A stretch of DNA of 64,000 bases from Octopus sinensis. Taxonomy: Eukaryota. Location of the stretch: positions 79,360,001 through 79,424,000 of the forward strand of contig NC_043005.1 of the NCBI RefSeq assembly GCF_006345805.1, read 5' to 3'. The position numbers and the translations under genes are program-made. Shown here piece after piece: positions 54,555 through 64,000 of this stretch (its first letter is position 1; each line of letters begins with the position of its first letter). The notes under the pieces were generated by a model. That model had not been told where the DNA came from. It did not search any database and worked only from the letters and a program-made list of their open reading frames with translations.

Positions 54555-55140
54555 TTTCAGTCATTTGACTGCGGCCATGTTGGAGCACCGCATTTCGTCG
54601 AGACAATCGACCCCAGAACTTATTTTTTTAAAGCCAAGTACTTGTTCTATCGGTCTCTCTTGCCGAGCCGCTAAGTTACGGCAACTTAAACACACCAGCA
54701 TCGGTTGTCAAGTGATGTTGGGGGGAGGGCAAATACAGACACACAAACATATACAGGCACATACATATATAAAAATATATACATATATATATGACGGGCT
54801 TCTTTCAGTTTCCGTCGACCAAATCCACACACTAGACTTTGGTCAGCCCGAGGCTATAGTAGAAGGCACTTGCCCAAGGTGCTACGCAGTGGGACTAAAC
54901 TCAGAACCATGTTGTTGGTAAGCAAGCTACTTACCACATAGCCAATCCTGCGCTTATATACATACCCTTTTACTTCTCTCAGTCATTTGGCTGTGGCCAT
55001 GCTGGAGCACCACCTTTTAGTGGAGCAAATCGACTAGTACTTATTCTATCGGGCTCTTTTGCCGAGCTGCTAGGTTACAGGGAAGTAAACACACCAGCAT
55101 CGGTTGTCAAGCGAAGTTGGGGGACAAACACAGATGCATA
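54550..55140 (-). mobile_element. SINE family A full copy (54550-54955) plus a second 3' half (54966-55140)
   Basis: Both halves of family A in reverse orientation, with a short microsatellite linker. Confidence 0.9.
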
Positions 55141-55141
55141 A

Positions 55142-55203
<62 letters not shown>

Positions 55204-55269
55204 AATGCATGTTACCTGTAACCTTTTTTTTATCCTTTCATTGCATGTGGCGAAATTAGTCAATTTTAC

Positions 55270-55700
55270 GGTGAAATTTCTGGTGTAGTGTGTCATCAAG
55301 GATCATTTTTTATTGAAAGTGTCCTTACTGCCATGCACCTCCATTTTACCTACCATTATTGAAATGGTAAATATTCTTTCAAGACGGCGCACCGCCGCAT
55401 TACCAACGAATCGGGCAAGCATACAAGGATGAGAATTTGCAAGGACACTGAATTGGACAAACATATGCAAATTAATTCCCCGCACGTTTTCCTAACTTAA
55501 CACCTGTATACATTCACTTAGGTGTTGCCATAAAGGAATTTGTGTATCGCAGTGAACTAGCTACAGTGACAGCCCTTCGAGAAGAAATTGACATGGCATG
55601 TGCAACAGTTTCATTGGATATTTACACCAGCGTTGTCCCAGCAGTAATGCAAGCCATATCAATAAGTGCCTGGAAGCTAATGGCCACCATATATCTGTGA
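55270..55700 (+). mobile_element. Tc1/mariner transposase fragment
   Basis: FQDGAPPHY...FPARFPNLTPV...KEFVY...LREEIDMAC...CLEANGHH. Confidence 0.8.
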
Positions 55701-55807
55701 GGTGCACGTAAGTATTTAATTTTTATGCCTCGTTGCATTAATTATTGTTAGATACTTGCATACATTTATGTACATGCATGCAGACATATATATATATATA
55801 TATATAT

Positions 55808-56106
55808 GTGGGCGTTCAAGAAGCTTGCTTTCCAATCACATGGTTCTGGGTTCAGTTCCATTTAGTGGGGCCTTAGGCAAGTGTGTTCTACTATAGCCTC
55901 AGGCCGACCAAAGCATTTTGAGTAGAACTGGTAGATGTGTGTGTATGTGCGTGTGCGTACTGGTGTGTGTGTATATGGAACAAATAATCCAGGAGAAAAT
56001 GTTTGCTAAGATATTATTGACTCTACTATTATCTAGATTTACATAACAGTATTGATTGTTATTTCCAGCAAGTAGACATGTAATTTGATTAATGTTAATC
56101 ATTCAG

Positions 56107-56148
<42 letters not shown>

Positions 56149-56364
56149 GTGTGTGTGTGTGTTTGTGTATCTGTGTTTGTGCTCCACCATCGCTGACAAC
56201 CGATGCTGGTGTGTTTACCTCCCCGTAACTTAACAGTTCGGCATAAGAGACATATAGAATAAGTACTAGGCTTGCAAAGAATAAGTTCTGCGGTCGATTT
56301 GTTCGACTAAAGGCTGTGATCTAGCATGGTCGCATTCAAATGACGGAAACAAGTGAAAGAATAA

Positions 56365-56368
<4 letters not shown>
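55808..56368 (+). mobile_element. SINE family A full copy with ~125-bp unique insert in the linker
   Basis: Head 55808-55935, 3' half 56160-56368. Confidence 0.85.
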
Positions 56369-56845
<477 letters not shown>

Positions 56846-56852
56846 TTCACAC

Positions 56853-57335
56853 AATACATTTCATAATTCTCAAACGATTTCAACCACACTTTATACACAT
56901 CCCTTGTCCAAAGGATGGTCATGCACAATAGCATTTTGCCCAGAGCTCCCGTGCGAATGATGGACGTAAATGGACATAGTTATTTGTATGTAGGGTCATC
57001 CATACTTATTTTTTATTATTTAATAAAAGGGAAAGGATTTTGTCTATTTACGTTCACTGTCCAGCACCGACGGTGATTGAATTGACTAGGAACACTGAAC
57101 GCATACATTTCCGTAATTCTTAACCGATTTTCTCAAAACTTTACACACATTACTTATGTCCAAAGTATGAACACGAGCTAAACATTTTGCCCAGACCTCC
57201 CGCGGGAATGAACCTAAAGGGACGTAGTTGTTTGTATGTAGTTTCATTTTTTAAAAGTGAATAGATTTTGTCTAATTATTTATTCTGACTGTCCACCTGC
57301 TACGGTCATTAAATTGACTATGTGCACTGTAGGCG
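56853..57335. repeat. Diverged two-copy tandem repeat, ~249-bp unit (Helitron/Helentron-like)
   Basis: ATACATTT, TTTTGCCCAGA-CTCCCG, TAGTT-TTTGTATGTAG and GATTTTGTCTA each recur at roughly 220-250 bp offset. Confidence 0.75.
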
Positions 57336-58156
57336 AAGAATATCCAATACCAAACAATTTTAATCTCCATAATTAAACTGCATTAAACTTTGGTAAGCTT
57401 ACCTTTACCTATTCTGATTTACTTGAAAGGTGATGTAGCCTTTCCTATTTTCTATTTGTTGATACCTTTGTTTACCTGCCAATGCGTTTTTTTCACTTTA
57501 AGGATACTTATTTACCTATCCATTATGATATTTCGACAGTTGTCCTTTGTTTCAGATACGTCTTAGTATTGTCTTTCTAACCTTTTTTAAACAATCACAT
57601 ATGACCTGTTCTAAAGAACCAAACTCTAAATAAGAGTTTTGCTTCCAAAATCAGTATAGCGAAAGCTATACCAATTTAAGTTTATGGGTTGTTTGCTGTT
57701 AGTTTATGCGCAGGTTATGTAGGAAAACAGAACGAAGGGGCTCTTGTTAACTTAACTCTCCGAGAACATAACGCCCATTCTTTTTGAAAAAATAGACTCG
57801 CACATCGGAAGTTTCAACGTCTTCCTTCAATTTCATTACAACATTTATGGGGCTGTTTCCGCCAAGAAATTTCGCTTTCATGTGAAAGAATTATATTTTG
57901 TAGTCATTACTCGTAATCTACTTTCAAAACACTTCAGTAGCTCTACTTTGCATCGCTTGCAAACTTATATGTTCTATGATCATTAAAGTGGAACAACCAC
58001 CGCAATAACCAAACTTCAATTCAATTTTCCGTTCCTGGGTTAATCGGAAACATAGGTTACCGTGCTACTCATGAACCTTCTCGGTTGCTCAGTTATCTGG
58101 TGAAAAATATATCACCAAAGCAACTTAAACCGTCCAAAGAACGAGTGCGTTTCCTA

Positions 58157-58201
<45 letters not shown>

Positions 58202-58223
58202 GAGAGATGTACGTATGTATGTA

Positions 58224-58277
<54 letters not shown>

Positions 58278-58954
58278 GAGAGATGTATGTATGTATGCAT
58301 GCATATATATATACAGACAGACAGACAGATAGACAGACATTCAGAAATACATACGAACGTACGCATGTACGTACGTTTCTATTTGAAAATCAAAGAGAAT
58401 GTGGATAACTATAGGCAACTGTTTTGAAATCTCCAGCTTCTACACCCAGATTATAAATTCACATTTATACCAATAATAGTTAGTGCACCTGGCTTTGTGA
58501 GTGAATGCTATCTGACGATGTGGATAAGGGGATAAGCCAGAGCTTTCAGAAAAAGAAATCACCCAACATGATAAATAAGTTCTCGTTGTGGAACAGTAAA
58601 TACACGCAAGAATTTTCTCAGGCTTTTCATCTACTTTGCTTTTCGTACATTCGAATGACAGAGCTTTGTACCTTTGTCAGAAATTAGCTCCTTCCTCCGA
58701 AGAAGAATTTAAATAATTTAAGAGAGGAAGAAAACATACATATACACAACGATGCGCACATTTGATACATACACACACTATTTAGAAATCTTCAAGAAAT
58801 AACTATCAGTAAATACTGGTAATTTGTGATGCGACACGATAAAACCTTTTGTCTTTAGGGGACAGCTTTAGTATAATACGTAATGTGAATTATTCACATA
58901 TTTAATGCATCACTTCTATATTTCATCACGTTTTACATTCATATATCATATATC

Positions 58955-59190
58955 TGTTTCTTTACTACCCACAAGGGACTAAACACAGAGGGAACAAACA
59001 AGGACGGACAAACGGATTAAGTCGATTACATCGACCCAGTGCGTAACTGATACTTAATTTATCGACCCCGAAAGGATGAAAGGCAAAGCCGACCTCGGCG
59101 GAATTTGAACTCAGAACGTAACGGCAGACGAAATACGGCTACGCATTTCGCCAGCTAATGTTTCTGCTAATGTTTCTGCCAGCTCGTGGC
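58955..59190 (-). mobile_element. SINE-B monomer with TSD
   Basis: Flanked on both sides by CATATATCATATATC. Confidence 0.93.
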
Positions 59191-59613
59191 CTTATACATA
59201 CATATATCATATATCATAATGAAAATAACGTCATAATATAATATATATTGTTTTATATCGTTTTTATTTCAATTCAATATAAAGGATTCATTGAAAGAAT
59301 ATGTTATAATTTGAAATGTTGGAAGTCTGTCGTTGTTTATCGTAGAATGTCGTTGTTTATCCCGAGTGTGAATACTGGTAGGATAGGCCGTGCTATTTGT
59401 GTTTGTCTGTGAAAGTAATTTGCAGGTGAGTATTGTAATTTAGTTTTGCTATGTTCCCCCTTCGGTGCTTAAATTTGTATCTGTGAATAGATAGGGAGAA
59501 AGTATTAACTGAACAAACACATACACGCGTGCGTGTGAGTGCGTGTGCGAATATGAGTATATGTATATAATTATATATGTCTGTCTGTGTAAGCGTCTGT
59601 ATATATATATATC

Positions 59614-59652
<39 letters not shown>

Positions 59653-59714
59653 TTGTGTGTGTGTGCGTGTGTATATATATATGTGTGTACTTATGTGTAC
59701 GTATGAACATAAAA

Positions 59715-59759
<45 letters not shown>

Positions 59760-60019
59760 GTGTATGTATGAACATATAAATGCATCTATCTATCCATAAT
59801 TTTGTCTATATATTTGTATATGTGTCTGTATTTATATATATATATATATATATGCAGAGAGAAAGAGAGAGAGAAAGAGACAGACAGTTTGAAAGAAAGA
59901 AAGAAAGACAGAAAGAAAGAAAGAGGGAGAGAGAGATAACGTGGTGTTCAGTTATCTCATATCCTTTATCCTTGCAGTAGGTGAATATTGAAACGGGCAT
60001 ATTACTATTATCCTTTTCC

Positions 60020-60059
<40 letters not shown>

Positions 60060-61454
60060 CATTATTATTATATTATTATTATTATTATTATTATTATTCT
60101 ATGTGGTGAAAACTTTATCTTCTTAAATATGCCTCTAACCTCGTCAAGGTATTTATTTGCTATTAAAGTCATAGATATTTCTGTCAAGTCTTTCCGTCAT
60201 TTTCCGTCATTCTACGATCGATTCTTTCTTTCCTTCTTTTTTCTTGTTCTTTTCCTTTTCTTTCTTTCTTTTTTTTCTTCATGTTTGTTTGTTGTACCTC
60301 AAAGATATATTTCATACTTATAAGATCACTATTTCCCCAGCAACACCACCACCATCACCAAACACCTCCCCCCCACTATTAAATATATAGATCTAACGAT
60401 GAACTTATCACACAATGAACGCAATCTGAATTCTCTAAAGCTAGAAGAACTACTTAAATGATCTAATAATATAATGTTGGCTATTTTCGTGCGAGAAAAG
60501 AATACGTAAAAGGCGAAGTGTACAGGAGAATGTCCTTAATAATATTTTGGTTCGCTGCCAAAAATTATGTGTATTCATAATTCATTTAACTTGTCTGGAT
60601 ATAACATGACATTTCGAATAATTTGCTTGGCACCGAGCTGCATGTATGTGATTCTCATTCTTACATTTTATATCCTTTTTTTCATACTTCAATATACACG
60701 TCCTATTATGTACGATATACATATGAATATTTCCTCGTTTTACACCGACCAGCCAACCAACCAACACATTATATAGATATAAAATGAATTTACATCAGGT
60801 ATGAGAATAAATTTATTCATTTTCTATACATCTATACTCGAAATACCTCCTCCATTTCAATAATATTGTCATAGTGAAAAGTTTGAAACTTTTTTTTTTT
60901 TTTGCATATCGTAAATAATAAAAGTTGTGTGACTCGACAGAAAACACTGAAGGCTGTATTGTGAGTCGAAGAGTTTGCCTCCACGCGGCTGCTATATCTG
61001 CAAGTAATGGTGGGCAATTAGAGCCTACCTCAAATCACGCACAAAAAGTCTTATAAATGGCACCGTTGGACGCCTCAAAAAGGACGAACTGTTATGGCTG
61101 TAGTTCTGTTAACAGTAAATAAGTTCGCTCAGAGCTATGCAACAACGTTGACAATGACTACTACTACTACTACTACTACTGCTACTAACACTGCTGCAAC
61201 AACAGCAACAGAAGCAAAAATAACAATAACAGCAACAATAGCCAGAACAACGATAGCCACAGCATTTGGAATCACTCTACAATAGGAATGTTTTCACTTT
61301 TCGTAGACTTTTTCGTCTAAGGTTATACTTTATGTGCAATCCAGAATGAGAAGGTGTTTATGCAAAGGGCTAGAAATATCAGTCAAATCGCTCTTGACTT
61401 ATTCCCTACTATTTGAAACAAAGTTAGGAGACAATGAATAATATTCTTTTCAAC

Positions 61455-62140
61455 TCTAGGCACAAGGCCTGGAATTTTGGGGTGTGGGCCAGTCAATTAC
61501 ATCGACACACTTATGCGTCTCCTACTTAATTTTTCGACCCCGAAAGGATGAAAGGCAGAGTCGACCTCAGCGGAATTTGAACTCGGAACGTAAAGACAGA
61601 CGAAATATCGCTAAGCGTTGTGCTCGGCGTGCTAACGTTTCTTATTTGTTTACTGCCCACAAGGGGCTACACACAGAGGGGACAAACAAGGACAGACAAA
61701 GGGATTAAGTCGATTACATCAACCCCTGTGGGTAACTGGTACTTAATTTATCGACCGCAAAAGGATGAAAGGCAACGGGGCTAAACAGAGAGGACAATCA
61801 AGGACAGACTACCGGATTAAGTCGATTATAACGGCCCTAGTGTGTAACTGGTACTTATTTAATCGACGGAATTTGAACTCAGAACGTAACGCCAGACGAA
61901 ATACCTATTTCTTTACTACCCACAAGGGGCTAAACGCAGAGGGGACAAACAAGGACAGACAAACGGATTAAGTCGATTACATCGACCCCAGTGCGTAACT
62001 GGTACTTAATTTATCGACCCCGAAAGGATGAAAGGCAAAGTCGACCTCGGCGGAATTTGAACTCAGAACGTAACGGCAGACGAAATACGGCTTCGCATTT
62101 CGCCCGACGTGCTAACGGTTCTGCCAGCTCACCGCCTTAA
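61455..62140 (-). mobile_element. SINE-B head-to-tail multimer (about 4 units, internal deletions)
   Basis: Repeated core TTTATCGACCCCGAAAGGATGAAAGGC, with junctions at 61625-61655 and 61895-61917. Confidence 0.92.
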
Positions 62141-62339
62141 ACATTGAATAATATATTCCCAGAACACAACTCTTCAAAGCTGGAGATGCTGATCATTAAT
62201 TCGAAAGACTTCGATCCCTTAGAGATAATTTAGAGTTAGACACGATTGGTAACATCAATACAGCTTTGCATTTTGTTTGCTTTAAGTGAATTTGATATAA
62301 CTTTTAGATTTAAATTTGTTTTAAATAAATTAATAGGAC

Positions 62340-62496
62340 GTAAGCTTCGCTGTGTGGTAAGATGTTTGCTTCGAAACCACATGGTTCTGGGTTTCGTCCC
62401 ACTATCTGGCACCGTGTACCCTCGAGCCATGTAACTGGATTTGGTAGACTGAAAACTCAGTGGAAGCCAATAGTCTATCAATCTATCTATCCATCC

Positions 62497-62561
<65 letters not shown>

Positions 62562-62577
62562 ACTATCTGTCTGCTTA

Positions 62578-62667
<90 letters not shown>

Positions 62668-62907
62668 AACAATTGCAGCGTGGAAGGTGTTTATAAGCCA
62701 TTTAAGAAACACACAAAAGCCGTTCGATTCACGAAAATATTTTGACAAATTAAACTTAAATGTTGAAGTGAATCGAACGGCTTTTATGTGTTCTTAAATG
62801 GCTTATAAACTCCTTCCACGCTGCAATTGTTTTCGTTTCAGCACACGATCTCAGAACAAATTACTTGCTATGCGAGTACATCTCCGTAATATATATATAT
62901 ATATAAT

Positions 62908-62947
<40 letters not shown>

Positions 62948-63165
62948 CGTGTGTCTTTGTGTGTCCCTCACCACCGCATTATGAACGGTGTTGGTGTGTT
63001 TACACCCGTGCACCTTAGCGATTCGGTTACTCATCTATAGAATAAATACCAGGCCTTAAGAAAAATAAACTCAGCGGTAAATATATTCGACTAGAAGTTC
63101 TTCAAGGCGGTGCCCCAGCATGACCGCAGTCTAATCATTGAAACAAGTTCAAAATAAACGTAGAA
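62340..63165 (+). mobile_element. SINE family A full copy with foldback element in the linker
   Basis: Head 62340-62470, 3' half 62950-63165. Confidence 0.82.
62667..62832. mobile_element. Foldback element 4 (66-bp near-perfect arms, 35-bp spacer)
   Basis: AAACAATTGCAGCGTGGAAGG...GCCGTTCGATTCAC versus GTGAATCGAACGGC...CCTTCCACGCTGCAATTGTTT, about 3 differences. Confidence 0.95.
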
Positions 63166-63467
63166 GATGCAATACCAATATTAAATACTGAAGCAAATTG
63201 ACGGATTTTATACTTAAAACGATTTATCCATGCAAAGCGTTTTTCGGACAGACTCGTAAGCACGCCAGGCAAAATACTTAGCTGCATGTCGTCCGTTGTA
63301 ACATCCTGAAGTCTAATTCCACCGATGACGACCTTACCTTTCATTATTTTGGGGTCGATAAGATAAGTACCAGTTGAACACTGGGCTCAATGTTATCCAC
63401 TTATTCATTCCTCGAAATTGCAAGCCGATGGTAATTCCAATGACCGCATATAAGACATATACTCTTA

Positions 63468-63730
63468 CGCTTTGTACTTGTTTCAGTCATTTGACTGTGG
63501 CCATGCTGGAGCACCGCCTTTTAGTCGAGCAAATCGACCCCAAGATTTATTCTTTGTAACCATAGTAATTATTCTATCGGTCCCTTTTTGCCGAACCGCT
63601 AAGTTACGGGGAAGTAAACACACCAGCATCGGTTGTCAAGCGATGTTGGCGGGGGGACAAACGCAGACACACAAACATATTGACACACGCATATATAAAT
63701 ATATGTGTATGTATGTGTGTGTATGATAAT

Positions 63731-63782
<52 letters not shown>

Positions 63783-63962
63783 CATATATATATATATACC
63801 ACACATATATACATATACATATATACGACGAGCTTCTTTCAAATCCACTCATAAGGCTTTGGTCGCTCGAGGCTATAGTTGCCTAAGGTGCCACGCAGTG
63901 GTACTGAACCCAGAACCATGTGGTTCGTAAGCAAGCTACTTACCACACAGCCACTCCTACGC
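63468..63962 (-). mobile_element. SINE family A full copy
   Basis: 3' half 63468-63680, microsatellite, head 63830-63962 ending CACAGCCACTCCTACGC. Confidence 0.92.
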
Positions 63963-64000
63963 ATGTGTATGTGGAATATAATAAGGTGAATATTGTTTGG

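Overview
AT-rich animal genomic DNA. It is most likely from an octopus or other coleoid cephalopod; this is inferred from the tRNA-derived SINE types and the extreme (TA)n/(CA)n/(TATC)n load. There is no intact long CDS, and almost all listed ORFs are microsatellite artefacts or broken transposon frames. The window is dominated by (i) about 40 copies of five tRNA-headed SINE families, labelled A-E here for convenience, (ii) decayed Tc1/mariner, hAT, CR1-, RTE- and R4-type elements and a Penelope-like GIY-YIG endonuclease relic, and (iii) microsatellites. A few short plus-strand exon candidates suggest the window may be intronic to an unidentified gene. The most unusual signal is a set of four unrelated foldback elements with 66-165 bp arms, three of them inside or beside (TA)n tracts, together with a near-canonical type I hammerhead-ribozyme fold at 23233-23295 and several partial hammerhead motifs. 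This fits a family of non-autonomous, ribozyme-bearing Penelope-like (retrozyme-like) elements. A second notable pattern is head-to-tail SINE-B multimers with identical junctions at independent loci. All alignments were done by eye, so boundaries are approximate.
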